A DNA stretch of 64,000 nt from Eledone cirrhosa (lineage: Eukaryota), in the NCBI GenBank assembly GCA_964016885.1, contig OZ024742.1:319734001-319798000 (forward strand). Reading direction: 5' to 3'. The position numbers and the translations under genes are program-made. Position 1 is the stretch's first letter. Each line of letters opens with the position of its first letter. Below the pieces are notes generated by a model. The model did no database searches and was not told where the DNA came from. It was given only the letters and a program-made list of their open reading frames with translations. Shown piece by piece: positions 1 through 12,281 of the stretch.

Positions 1-133
1 TACCCAAAGTATCGAGTACTCTGGTGCGTTATGGTCCACTTGGTTCCTTACCACACTTCCTTCGTTCTCTACTACCCTAACTATTGAATACTCTGGTCCA
101 TCTGGTTCCTTACCACACCTCTTTCGTTATGTG

Positions 134-196
<63 letters not shown>

Positions 197-212
197 TAAA
201 ATAACAGATTAA

Positions 213-263
213 AGTTTAAGCAAAGAATCGCTGCTTTCACCCTTAACGGGATCTTCTGAAACT
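213..263 (-). ncRNA. Hammerhead-ribozyme-like fold, variant core (CAGAAGA)
   Basis: Mirror copy of 1515-1565 in the left arm of the inverted repeat. Confidence 0.55.
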
Positions 264-1514
264 AACAAAGTCAATATGTGAACGCAGAAGTGAATATTTC
301 AAAAACGTTGCAGCCGGAGGAAGACAGGAAGACGATACTTTGGTTCGTGGAAACGTTCCCTGGCAAAGAACGGGAAAAAAACGAATATAATACGTCATTA
401 ATAGGAGCGGTGAAAAACAATTATGCGCAAAGACAGAACCACGTTTATGGTATAAAAGAGGTCGTAGACTAATGTTCTCTTAGGTGGTTCATAGAGACGT
501 TCTCTGGCATTGAACGGAAAAAACGAAGATAATACGTCATATGTGGAGCGTGGAGAACAATTGCACGCAAAGACAAAACCACGTAAATGGTATAGCTGAA
601 GTCGTAGACTAAAATTCTAACTAGGAAACCGAATACCATTACTTATTTGCACAGGTAAGTGTATATTACCTGTATGTTTTGTGAAGGTACGTATATTTTC
701 TCGTACGTATATTGAATGTATATGTTATGGCGTATAATTTTTTATATATTCTGGTACATATGGTTTGGTTATGTGTATACGGGAGTTTTGCGTCTGTGTG
801 AGTATGCAGGTTCGTACGTTGTAGGGTGTGTGTATATGTGTACTTCATGTTTTGGCTGACTTACGTCTCCGAACATTTGTGTATTTACATGTAGGTATGT
901 GTGTGTGCTTGTTTTATACGTATTTATTTATTTATATACGTTTATTTAATTATTTATTTATTTGTATACACGCATACACACACACACATATTTATATGTG
1001 CGTGGTTTTGTATACCCATGGCAAGTGTTTTCGCGTATGCTTGTGTATGTACGTATTTGCATGCGTGTATGTATTTATTTAATTTCTATTACCTCTGTAT
1101 TGTATTTTATTTACTTTATTCTTAACTCTGAAGCGGAGATTCATTCGGTTTGCTAGTTAGAATTTTAGTCTACGACTTCAGCTATACCATTTACGTGGTT
1201 TTGTCTTTGCGTGCAATTGTTCTCCACGCTCCACATATGACGTATTATCTTCGTTTTTTCCGTTCAATGCCAGAGAACGTCTCTATGAACCACCTAAGAG
1301 AACATTAGTCTACGACCTCTTTTATACCATAAACGTGGTTCTGTCTTTGCGCGTAATTGTTTTTCACCGCTCCTATTAATGACGTATTATATTCGTTTTT
1401 TTCCCGTTCTTTGCCAGGGAACGTTTCCACGAACCAAAGTATCGTCTTCCTGTCTTCCTCCGGCTGCAGCGTTTTTTGAAATATCCACTTCTGCGTTTAC
1501 AGATTGACTTTGTT

Positions 1515-1565
1515 AGTTTCAGAAGATCCCGTTAAGGGTGAAAGCAGCGATTCTTTGCTTAAACT
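1515..1565 (+). ncRNA. Type I hammerhead-like fold, variant core (CAGAAGA instead of CTGAnGA)
   Basis: Stem I AGTTT/AAACT; CAGAAGA; stem II CCC-GTTAA-GGG; GAAA; stem III AGCA...TGCT; predicted cleavage triplet CUU ending at 1560. Confidence 0.55.
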
Positions 1566-1739
1566 TTAATCTGTTATTTTAATAAATATATATATATATT
1601 TATATACAAATAACGAAAGAGGTGTGGTAAGGAACCAGATGGACCAGAGTATTCAATAGTTAGGGTAGTAGAGAACGAAGGAAGTGTGGTAAGGAACCAG
1701 GTGGACCATAACGCACCAGAGTACTCGATACTTTGGGTA

Positions 1740-2925
1740 GTAGAATGGGTAATAGGAAAAGGGTCAGGACCCCGACGGCAGAGCTCAAGCCGTTTCGACG
1801 GCTATTTCTGAACTAAATTAAATTTTTAGCGTGGTAATGATATAGCCGAACTTTTCAAGGGGTAATTCCATATATGGGCATGCGATAATCAGGCATTTCT
1901 GAAGGTTGTAGTTGTCAAAAGGAGTGGTCGAAGTTTCTTGTAAACACAGTTAAATCTTTCAAGGCGATGGGTAAAGTGGGGGTGGCTGAACTAGCCTGTA
2001 GAACAAAGAGGGGGTGGGTGAAGCCGGTCAAGCGTTAAAAGTAAATTTTATACAGCAAATTCTAAGGAGTGTGGGTGACGTAGGCTAGCTAGAAAGTAAG
2101 CGAAAATAGAAATATACAGGAATCTGAAAATGGGAAATTATAAAAAAAAACAACTAGAGTCTAAAACAAGAAAACTGGAGTTAATAAAATATATCTAATT
2201 TAGTACACCAGGGCTTCATCTCATAACGGTAAAGTATCAATAACGATGCACCCCCCCCCCCTAAACAAGAAAACACCTGCTATATTTTTAGCTGGTGTTG
2301 TGTTTTCAGCCAATGCTATATAGATTTCTCGGGGGTGGGAGGTCTGAGGCTACAAAAACCCGATGGGCTGCCTCAGGGTAAGTGAAAGAGGAAAAAGGAA
2401 AAGGAAGAGGAGAGGGAGTGGAAGGAAGTAGGAAGAAGAGATAAAGGGAAAAAAGGAAAGTATTACATCTACCTATGTATGCTGGGGTTTTCCCTATCTT
2501 GTTCGGCAAGTGAGGAAAAGAAAGATGTTACAGCCATTGTCTACCCACCCAGATCGTGAGGGGGTTTGAAGGCAAGGTAAGTCCTAAGCAATCGGTCTTT
2601 ACATGAGGTTACAAGTTCGTCTTTTTTTTTAGAAGTTGGTCCTTTGTAAACAGCATTTGTATCGTTTTCTCCGAGCATAAGTTACACGGACGGCGTACTC
2701 CCGAGTAGGAGTTAGCCCTGGACAGTAAGCTCCAAGTAAGACGGTATGTGATGTTATTATCTTGGAGGTCCCAGATGTGGCCCGAAAGTGTAGTGGCATG
2801 TCGCCGGGCTGGATTTCTGAACGTATGTCGGTGTTGATAGAGCCAGGTCTTAAAGTCTTAAAGAATTTACTGCTTTTTCTATCACAGAAGTACTGTCTGG
2901 TTCTTCCTTATGTTATCTATAAAAA
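1740..2925 (-). mobile_element. Penelope-like element 3' part: degenerate GIY-YIG endonuclease C-terminus plus 3' region
   Basis: Minus-strand translation of about 2920-2640 gives FKTWLYQHRHTFRNPARRHATTLSGHIWDL..DNNITYRLTWSLLSRANSYSGVRRPCNLCSEK, typical of PLE GIY-YIG C-termini and similar to the 12954-13298 peptide. Confidence 0.8.
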
Positions 2926-3089
2926 GAAAGTGAAATACGATTTCAGCTCTCACTCAATCCACCTCCACCTCTCTCTAACTAACTAAAACTTTTCTACTTA
3001 TTTCGTTTGTTGTTTGCCGGTCTGACATCTGACTCACTCTCCCCACTCTCTCACTACCTCTTTTCTATCTATCTGTATGCCCCCCCCCA

Positions 3090-3660
3090 TCAGTGAATGC
3101 CTTCAACAAAATCTCTCACAAATGATCCATGGAGCTAGTCAGACCTATAAATCTATCGACAAAGTTGTCGACGAGGACGATACTGTTCATTATCCCGTTG
3201 AATTTCTCAACAGTCTGGAACTGTCAAGTATACTACCACACAGCCTTGAATTGAAGAAGGGCACATTCACCATGCTTCCCAGAAACTTGGATCAGCCAAG
3301 ACTGTGTAATGGGATGCATATGGTTATGACTAACTTACAGCCCCATATTATCAAAGTCAAAATCTTCACTGGATGTGGTAAGAGAGACATCACATACCTA
3401 GAATGCCACTAATACTAACAGATGTTCCTTTTCGTTTCATACGATTGCAATTTCCAGTGAGTGACAGTTGCACAATAACCATTAACAAATCCCAAGGACA
3501 AACCCTGCAGGTTGTCGGTCTCCATCTAGAAGAGGGATGTTTCTCACGTGGTCAATTGTATGTGGGTTATTCCTGACTAAGAAGACTCCACAAATTCTTC
3601 ATATATGCTCCAAAGAAAAAAGTTAAAAACATTGTATATACTGAAGTTCTGCAAATATTT
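3090..3660 (+). mobile_element. Helitron RepHel PIF1-type helicase C-terminal fragment (frameshifted)
   Basis: YPVEFLNSLE..PHSLELKKG..RNLDQPRLCNG, then RLQFPV..TINKSQGQTL..GLHLEEGCFSRGQLYVG and KNIVYTEVL. Confidence 0.9.
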
Positions 3661-3723
3661 TATAATTTTCGTAGAATACATTTTTCTATTATTTTCTTTC
3701 TTTATTATATATCACATTACAGA

Positions 3724-3840
3724 CTGAGTTCAAATCCCGCAGGGGTTAATTTTGCCTTTCATCCTTACGGGGTCGATAAAATAAAGTAACAGTAATGTAC
3801 TGGGTAATTGCTGGCCTTGTGCCAAATGTAGAAACAATTA
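3724..3840 (+). mobile_element. MetaSINE-like tRNA-derived SINE (5'-truncated); related copies at about 4043-4119, 5815-5970, 17140-17540 (-), 24650-24835 (-), 31410-31540
   Basis: B-box-like gagttcaaatccc followed by core gcctttcatccttacggggtcgataaaataaagtaacag and tail tgctggccttgtgccaaa..tagaaac; recurs throughout the window. Confidence 0.75.
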
Positions 3841-4159
3841 TATATCACCTTTTCCAAAAATGGAATGGGGGAGGGGGGGGGGGCTGCGAGTGGGGAACTC
3901 TCGGATTTTCCCAGCCTCAGATTTCTTCAACGTGAATAACAGAGGTGAGAAGGGAGGGAGACAACTCAGAGTTACAGATAAGTACCTTTCATCCGTTTAA
4001 ATCCATTGAAAAGCAATCTTTTGATACTGACGGATGTTTTAATCCTGGGGTCGATAAAATAAAGTACCAGTAAGGCACTGGGTAATTGCTGGCCTTGTGC
4101 CAAAAGTAGAAACAATTATTTTGTATTGTTGTAGAAAGGGTTGTAAGCTTAATTAATTA

Positions 4160-4548
4160 ATTGTCCCCAATTTACAAATCCACCATTCCAATGAGGAATG
4201 GCTGTTTGAAAGAGCAATCCTTGCTCCCACTAAAATCACAGTTAAGGCCATCAACAAAATCTCTCACAAATGACACCTGGAGGTAGCCAGACCTATAAAT
4301 CTATCGCCGCTAAAATCATTCTATATACTGAAGTTCTGTAAATGTTTTATAATTTTGGTAGAATACATTTTTCTATTAATTTTTTTATTACTTTCTGTAT
4401 TAAAATATTCTAAATAAATTCTAAAAATTATGTTATGCAATATTTAAATACCTTTTAACATCTTTTATTCTATGACAGATGACAATAGGTACGCTATAAG
4501 TAGATTTGAGCACTCTACAGACTGGGGCGTAAGCCGGGAGGCCACTAA
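4160..4548 (+). mobile_element. Second, internally deleted Helitron copy with probable 3' terminus
   Basis: WLFERAILAP motif near 4198; shares acctataaatctatcg and tatatactgaagttctg with 3143-3650 but joins them almost directly; subterminal hairpin GGC-GTAA-GCC (4526-4535) followed by CTAA (canonical CTRR). Confidence 0.7.
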
Positions 4549-4979
4549 TATATACATACACACACTCACAGACAGACAGACACACACACACATATATATA
4601 CAACTTCTAAATATATTGGGAACTCATTGGGAAAACGCATACGTAACACGACTACTTTCACGATGCAGCGCCACCGATTTAGAGAGGGGGGGGAATGTAG
4701 GGTATGTGTAAGAGAGAGGGGTAGGGTGAAAGAGAGAGAGAGAGAATCAACCGAAGTATTTGACTGATATGATATTTATCGCCCAAGACAAAGTTGACTT
4801 CGGAGACATTTGAACTCAGAACGCAGGTAGTTGGAACAAACGTCGTATTTCATGTTGCCCCCCCCCCCCCCCCCCTCCCTCTTCACTGCATTTCCTCCTC
4901 TTTTTTTTTTCTCATATTCTCTTCTCTTGTTCCTTCTCACCGTGCAACCTTGAATAACAATCGCCACGACACTGCCCGC

Positions 4980-4988
4980 CACCCCCCT

Positions 4989-5019
<31 letters not shown>

Positions 5020-5520
5020 CCACTGCAACAACAACAATGACGACACTAACAGCAACAACACAACCACCACCTCTACCACCACCACCACCACCACCACCGC
5101 AACAACAACAATGACGACACCACCACCACCGCACCAACAGCAATGACGACACCATCACCACCACCACCACCATCACCACAACAACAACAATGACGACACC
5201 ATCACCACTTCTACCACCACCACTGCTACCGCAACAACCACCAGCACCACCACCACCACCAGCATCATCAACCCCAGCATCAGCACCAGCACCATCACCA
5301 CCACCTCCACTACCACTACCACCACCACTATCACCACCGCAACAACAATAGCACAACCACCACCACCTCTACCACCACCACTGCCACCACAACCACCACC
5401 ACCACCTCTACCACCATCACCACCACCACTACAACCACTATCACTACCACCACCACCACCACCTCTACCACAACCACCACCACCACCATTGCAACAACAA
5501 CAATGACGACACCAACAAGG
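4980..5520. repeat. Compound (CAA)n/(CAC)n trinucleotide microsatellite
   Basis: Directly visible; produces spurious poly-G/V/T/P ORFs. Confidence 0.95.
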
Positions 5521-6369
5521 ATGACACTTGCTAAACAAAACCAAAGAATTAGTTAAGTACCCTTCACTATTTCCAGCAGATCTCGTTTCACTTCCAGACA
5601 CCTTCAAGTAGTCTGTTTCATCATTTTCCTTTTTTTTTCTTCATTACTATTATTTCCTTCTTTCCTTTCTTCATATTTTATATATATTCTTTTTTCCTCT
5701 CTTCCCCCTTATCAAATGTGTTTCGTTTTCTCCCCTTTGTTGTTGAGACGCTGCCATTTTTTTGTTTGCTTGTTTTCGTTTGGTCTTTTGTTCTTTCTAT
5801 TTTACGTATGAAGGCGGCAAAATGAGACTCGTTAGAACGTCGGATAGACTGTTTTGTGGCATTGTATTAATTCCAGCATTCTACAATCTCAGTTGAAATC
5901 CCGTCAAGCTCAGCCATACCTTACATCCTTCCGAAGTTGATAATCAAATTTTCAGTCAAGTACACCGGTTGATTCTGGCTCCGCGCTCTCTCTCTCTCTT
6001 TCCGCCTTTTCTCTCTTCCTGGAAGAAATCGGCTGTAGATAAACACGCTATCACTAGAGCGCCCCATCGACAAAATCAGGAGTTCAGGGCCCATGGATAA
6101 ACGGACAGATTTTATATTTATCCTCTAACCCCATCCTCTAATTTGTTTCCCTTATTACCTCCGCCTTGTAGTGTTTTATTCTTTTAGGTTTTCGGATTTT
6201 TTTTTTGTTTAATCTTTTATCGCATTCTTCTTTGTGTGGAAAACACAAGAAATCAGTTACAATGTTTTCAGTTATAACACACAGCTTCAAGGATAAAATG
6301 GTAAAAGTACTGTACAGCTGTGTGAAGAGATCGTGGTTTTGGTGGTAGACTGGCCGGATTCTCGTTCAT

Positions 6370-9130
6370 TAAAAAAACAAAACCGAAAAGGAACTGGTAG
6401 CTAAAGTAGAAGAGGCACTTAGGAATGGCAATACAGCTGACGTGCTAACAGCGAGAACGGCACTAGACCAGTTCTTCAACGTGAAACATGAAGGTTGTAT
6501 TGTCAGAAGTAGAACACGTGCTCTAAGAAACGAGGGAGCCAAAGCTGTTAGCTGGGAACGAGTGACAGAGGCGAAAAGTGGCAATAAATCCACAATTCCG
6601 TCTTTGCAAGACAAAGATGGACGCATTCTACCTGAATCCAAGCAGATGTGCACCGCCTTTCAGCAGCATTTTGCACAACTGTTCGAGCAAAGCGGTACGT
6701 CAAGGGAGGTGAGGGACTTCAGCTCCTACCTCGACGGCGTACCACTACTCTCGAGCTCGGATGCAGAGAGCTGCGAAAGGCCGATCACAGCGGGCGAAAT
6801 AGAAGATGCCCTAGGCCGCTGCTTTTAATGCAAATCACCCGGTTTAGATGGTCTACCCTATGAGTTTTACATAAGCATGCCAGATTTATTCTCTGGCGTC
6901 CTCGAAGCGGTCTACTGCAACTGGCAGCAGAACGGGAGGATTCCCAGTTCTGTAGGCAGAGGCGTAGTAATGCTGATCAGGAAAGATGAGAACAAGGGGG
7001 ATGAGATAAGCAATTTCAGGCCCATAACTCTGCTCAACACAGAGTTAAAGATTTTGGGCAAGGTGTTAGCAGCAAGACTGGCGCTTGTCGTTGAGAACCT
7101 GGTAGGGGAAGCGCAAACGTGTGCAATCCCGACCAGGTCCATACACGACAACCTCCACCTCATGCGATACATCATCGAGAGGGTAGGGTGTAAACCTGGC
7201 TTCGGTAGGGCTCTGATCAATTTAGATCAGTCTAAGGCATTTGATAGGGTCGACCATCAATACTTGGAAGCGGTTCTCAAGGCGGCCGGCTTTGGTCCCA
7301 TCTTCAGAAGATGGATCGCTGCCATGCACACCAGCATCTGCTCGGCAGTCAAGGTGAATGGCTACCTATCGGAGCCATTCCAAATCATGCGTTCCATCCG
7401 CCAGGGGTGCCCTCTCTCCTCCATTCTGTATGTACTGACTGTCGAGCCATTACTGCGGACGTTGGAGCTGTTGCAGGGCCTCCCGATCGAACCAGGATTG
7501 CGGAAAGCAGCGTCGGCCTATGCCGACGATATAACCGTAATGGTGTCGAATACCTCGGACATCGGGGTAATCGGCAATCTATTAGAGGAATACGAAACGT
7601 TGACAGGAACAAGACTAAACCCAAACAAGTCTGTCGGTTTGCAGCTCAGCACATGGAGAGGCAAACCCATGCCTTCTAACAGTGTCGTTGGACGCTGGAC
7701 GGAAGGGCCGGTAAAATTGCTCGGGGTCTGGTTTGGTCCAGACCTCCAGGTGGACAAGAACTGGAACGAGGTCACAGCGAAGGTGTTTGCACTCACCCAG
7801 AAGTGGGCTGAGTGCATACTCTCCTTGAAAGATCGAGCGGAGGTGGTGAACACTTACATAGCGTCCGTCATCTACTACCGCTTGACAGTCGGGCCTGTCC
7901 CCGCGAATACCTCACCTGAATGGAACGCCTACTCTTCAAGTTCCTCTGGAAGAAACAGGCTCCATTGGTGAGGAGATCCATCTGCTGTCAATACCCTTCT
8001 AACGGAGAGCTGGGTATGCCGTGGCTGATGATGCGCAAACACGCACTGAGGCTACGCCATCTCCAGGTATTCCTGACCAGCGAACCGGTGTGGCTGTCGT
8101 TTGTGAGACGAGCTCTTCCACAACTCGTCTCACCAACAGAGCTGCAGCCCTGGGTCAAGCGAAGACTGAAAATGTGCGCCTGGCACCTTGCGTGCCTTCA
8201 GGCGCTCACAGCCCTCTACCAAGCGGAAACGGCAATCAGCGCAAACTCCACTTCGACATTCTATAGGGGATTAGTGGAGGATAAGTGCGACGACGTTCTC
8301 GGGGAAACTCTAGGCATCGAGGAAGACGAACTGACCAGTCTGTTCGGGAGGACTTTCCGTCCAGGGCCTATGGATAACTTCCAGAGGTCTCTGGCCTGGC
8401 AGTGCTACCGAGGAGCTCTACCAGTTCGAGACAAAATCTACAGCCACTGACGCCCTGGCAGAGATCTTGCCAAAAGGACCTGTCCAAGATGCGAGCAGGA
8501 CATCGAAACCGTTCTGCACGCAATTGTTCAGTGCCCAGGGGTGACCGACCTGCTACTGTCATGTGTAGGACGCATCCAGTTGTCAGCCGAGTCCATCGTG
8601 AGGAGACCGCCTTCATTTAAGCATGAAGGAGAGGCGGTCTTCCTCTGTCTGGTGGCTATGGCGAAAGAGGTAATATGGTGGACGAGGTTAAAAGGACTGA
8701 GGGCAAGCACCTTTCTCTACGGACAACAACTCATCCCCTTCTTTAAGTACCACTTCAGAAGGAAGGTGAGAGTGGAGAGAGAGGTGCTACACCCCAGTAA
8801 ATTCTCTGAAAGGTGGGTGAATGTGGCGAAAATGGTCCGGGTGAATGGGCCTTCTCTGTGCATAAACCTATAGGTTGAGGAAGATAAACAGAGGGAAGAC
8901 GGGAACACCTACAAAACGTGTTCCTGGTGTTGAGGGTTGTTCTATTCACGGGGTATAAAACAAACCCGTAGTAGCGTTACCCCCACCCCCAATGGGGATT
9001 TCAATTGTTTTATTTTTATATAGTTTATTGTTAATTATTATTGTTAAAGATTTTATGTAAAACCCCCGCCGTCACGTCTTGTAATGTCCCATTTTTGTAC
9101 GTCCCTGTGGCAAATAAAGAAAGATATTAT
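6370..9130 (+). mobile_element. Tx1/L1-clade LINE, 5'-truncated, disrupted ORF2 (RT plus C-terminal CCHC finger)
   Basis: ORF pieces 6442-6828, 6877-7971 (NFRPITLLN, DQSKAFDRV, RQGCPLS, YADD), 7920-8450, 8541-8873; AATAAA at 9113-9118. Confidence 0.95.
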
Positions 9131-9148
9131 CTATCATGCTATCTCTCT

Positions 9149-9202
<54 letters not shown>

Positions 9203-9321
9203 TCTCTTTCTCTCTCTCTTTCTCACTCTCTCTGTATATATATATATATATATATATACATACATACATACATACATATAAATACATACATACATACATA
9301 CATACATGAAAGCGCAGCTCC

Positions 9322-9478
9322 CTAATTCATAGTCTACAAATGGCTGCGATAGCTGGCACCTTCAAAATTTGCAAAACATTCTTGCGATTCAAGGGATGAC
9401 AATTTCTTTTCTTTTACAACCTTGCCACCAGGAAGGTGGCCGGTCAAAAAAAATGTACTCGAAATTAAGAGAAAGAGA
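9322..9478 (+). mobile_element. 3' end of an R4/Dong-like LINE inside (CATA)n
   Basis: Encodes LIHSLQMAAIAGTFKICKTFLRFKG*, similar to the INGTVKICKTF C-terminus at 59220-59627; flanked by (TACA)n on both sides. Confidence 0.65.
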
Positions 9479-9496
9479 CATACATACATACATACA

Positions 9497-9780
9497 TGGT
9501 GGCTGCCAACTCGTTTTCGAGTACGGCCACTACTTTATATCCATGTAGGAGAACCCCTACCGATGGGCTGAACGAGTGACTTTTTAGTCCAGCCAGCGAC
9601 TTGAAAACGCTGGTACAAACACTACACTTGTGACAATTATTGACACATAGTACTGGGCCCATGGTACCATGTGACGACAAGTGCAGAGAGATCTCCAGAT
9701 ATAAAGCAATGCCTGTGCCGTGAAGCTTTTATAGTGAGCAAAGGCACTGCACAAAGCCAGTCCCACTCTCTTAACCAAGA
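9497..9780 (-). mobile_element. RTE-like LINE 3' end with C2H2-type finger remnant and (TATG)n tail
   Basis: HKCSVCTSVFKSLAGLKSH; close inverted copy at 60655-60826; both end ttggcagccacc-(atgt)n. Confidence 0.6.
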
Positions 9781-9849
9781 TGATATTTACCAAAAAGAAT
9801 ATATATATATATATACATACACACACACACATATACACATATATATAAA

Positions 9850-9960
9850 GGAAGGCGTGTGGTTAGAGAATTAGATTTGCAATCGTAAGGTTGTGAGTAC
9901 GATTCCAGAACCGGGCGATGCGTTGTCTTTGAACAAGACACTTTATTTCACGTTGCTCCT
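9850..9960 (+). mobile_element. CORE-type tRNA SINE head; related copies at about 17545-17810 (-), 24140-24270 (-), 30655-30780 (-), 30835-30990
   Basis: A/B-box-like gtggttag...gtacgattcc followed by gcgttgtctttgaacaagacactttatttcac. Confidence 0.55.
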
Positions 9961-10769
9961 TCTACCTGGAGTTGCGACCGATAGATAGTATTAGCAATTG
10001 GAAAGGCCAATAGAAACATACATTGTTTCCGATTTGACGAAAGTCGATCGTTTCTTTAATATATATATATATATAGTTCAAGTCAAAAAGAAGACACACA
10101 GGAAGAACAATAACACAAAATCTTATTAGTTTCACGTTTTATAAAAGAAGAAAAAGAATGTTTAAACTTACCCGGCGTTAGTTCTTCATCAAGACAACGT
10201 AAATTACGGAACGAAAAGAAGTTGCAAGATTAGAAGAAGACAAAATGGGGGAAGTGAAAAAGAGGAGGAAAGCAAGAGAAGAAAGATTTGGAGGAGAAAC
10301 GGAAAAGGAAGGAAGGAAGGAAACTCGCGGAAGACAGGTGCAATGCAAGCAGGAAAATCACCAAAAATTTGTGTAATAAATAAATAAATAAATAAATAAA
10401 TATTTTTTATTTATTTCAACAAGCACTGCCAATTCTAAACATATTTCGGTCCTATTATAACTATCCGCAGCAAAGCTTAAACTTCATTGTACTAGCCGGG
10501 GTAGTCATGAGAAAATCTCTAATTAAATGTATGTGCAGAAAAAAATTAGAGATTATTTAGTTACATTTGGTAAGCTTTCGTTCTCAGTATATAAGATGGT
10601 CGAATGAAAAAAGATTCTTCGCCAATAAAATATTTCTTTATGAATATTTGTAGAAGTAATTTAAATTCTTGTTCTGATGTTAGCAAAGTAGGTCAGTGTG
10701 ACCACATATGCTGACTTCTTGGCAACACGTTGCTCATTTTCTTTTGTTTCAAAATCGGGCGTCTCCCGG

Positions 10770-11010
10770 TCTGGATCAGGGAGTCATATGCAGTTCTTCA
10801 CAGATTAATGGTAAGCATCCAGACGGGATAACCCTCTTCCCATTCGAGAGAGGTAAATCCCTAACCTGTGATGCCACGTGCTGCGCCTCATTCTCTCACT
10901 CCAGCCTTGTCGCTTCAGCTGCAAATCTAGACACCACAGTCTGCCGTGCAGAGGAGAGGAAAATTGTTAAATACAGGGGCCTGACGGACCACTACCATTT
11001 CGAGCCATAA
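10770..11010 (+). mobile_element. Restriction-like endonuclease fragment of a CRE-type non-LTR element
   Basis: GKHPDGITLFPFERGKSLTCDATC...AEERKIVKYRGLTDHYHFEP matches the (R)PDG..D..AE..K..KY pattern of RLE domains. Confidence 0.75.
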
Positions 11011-12209
11011 ACAAAAATTATTCAGGTATATAAATAAACAAACATTGGCTATTATCATAGTTGACATTCGTCCGCCACATAAATACATACGTATACAATA
11101 GAGTTTATAACGGAATACTCCTATGTTTTACCGATTCGAAACCGAATCTGAGCTTTCTCACCTCTGGGACAATCTATCGTTGGAAGTTCTCACCCTTGTC
11201 TTGTCAAAACAACGATGATAAATGTACATTCCACTTGACCTGTGACCCCAACCTCCTGGGAGACGATAACCACAGGGCTGATCATAAATGAACCTCATAT
11301 ATCCATCCTTCTAACTTTAGCACTTATTATAAATACAAGGAGTTAAGGAACCCAAAGGCCAGACTCGAAGCGGCAGTCAGCAAGATAACGATGTAGGCAT
11401 CAGTAGACTGTTTACCCTTTCTCTGTCCTGGCCCTTACTGGCTTACCTTCTCGGCCACCGACAGCCGGCCATGCCTGCCTGACAGATTGACCACTACTAC
11501 TATGAGAATAATATATTTTAAGAATAGGCACACACATACATGCACATAGTAAGTTCATATTGTTATATTATATTCTCATCCTATTCTACCTGTCATATTG
11601 TATCTACAAGACACAACACAACTCATACTATATCGTCTTCTCTGATACATGCATTCACGTTGGCTCGTAGAGCTAACAATTTAATGTAGCGACGGTTTAT
11701 GTCATAAATAATATTGCTTGATGCGATGTGCAAATCGAATATTGTTATTATAAAATAAACATTGTTAACAACTCAATCATGGCACTATTCTTTTCATCAA
11801 AACTACCATACAAAGAATACAACGTATCCGTTACAAGTTACAAACACACACCCATCTACATGTGTGAGTGTATGTTTGTTTGTGCGTTTATATCACTTGT
11901 GTGAGTGCATGTGTGCAAGTATATATGTGTGTTTGCGTGTTTATATTCATATACTCATACATATAAATGTATATAGTTGTTAATTAAAAAGGCGTATCAG
12001 CAAATTGTACTTTATGTATTTATTGTATTTAATGTATTTATTTATGTATTTTATATATTTATTTCTTATACGAATGTCAGGATTCAACCCCCAAAATACA
12101 ATCAACCCGCGGCGTTTATCGACACATTTGGAGACCCCTGATCGATATAGACTTAATATGTTTCAAAAGAAACATCTACACTTTGATCTTAACACGCTCT
12201 GCTCCTCAT

Positions 12210-12279
<70 letters not shown>

Positions 12280-12281
<2 letters not shown>

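Larger units (their letters stand above)
1..1739. repeat. Long inverted repeat (arms 1-634 and 1143-1739, about 510-bp spacer); inverted pseudo-LTR of a Penelope-like element
   Basis: 1-634 is the near-exact reverse complement of 1143-1739 (tacccaaag at 1 vs ctttgggta at 1731-1739; ctaggaaaccgaat at 621-634 vs attcggtttgctag at 1143-1156). The arms differ mainly in (TA)n length. The left arm runs off the window edge. Confidence 0.95.

Noticed and set aside
4794-5607. Gly-, Val-, Thr- and Pro-rich ORFs resembling structural proteins
   Set aside because: Derived from a (CAA)/(CAC) microsatellite; no unique coding sequence or splice context.
9590-9635. C2H2 zinc-finger gene exon (also at about 60745-60800)
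   Set aside because: A single finger within a dispersed repeat ending in a (TATG)n tail; better explained as a LINE 3' end.
10118-10196. Hammerhead-like TTGATGA...GAAACTAATA on the minus strand with an internal GGTAAGT
   Set aside because: C3 is missing, stem II is poorly defined and stem III is mismatched; at best a decayed PLE ribozyme.
11050-11700. Possible solo LTR (TATA-like tataaata at about 11328)
   Set aside because: No TG...CA boundaries with a TSD and no second copy could be defined.
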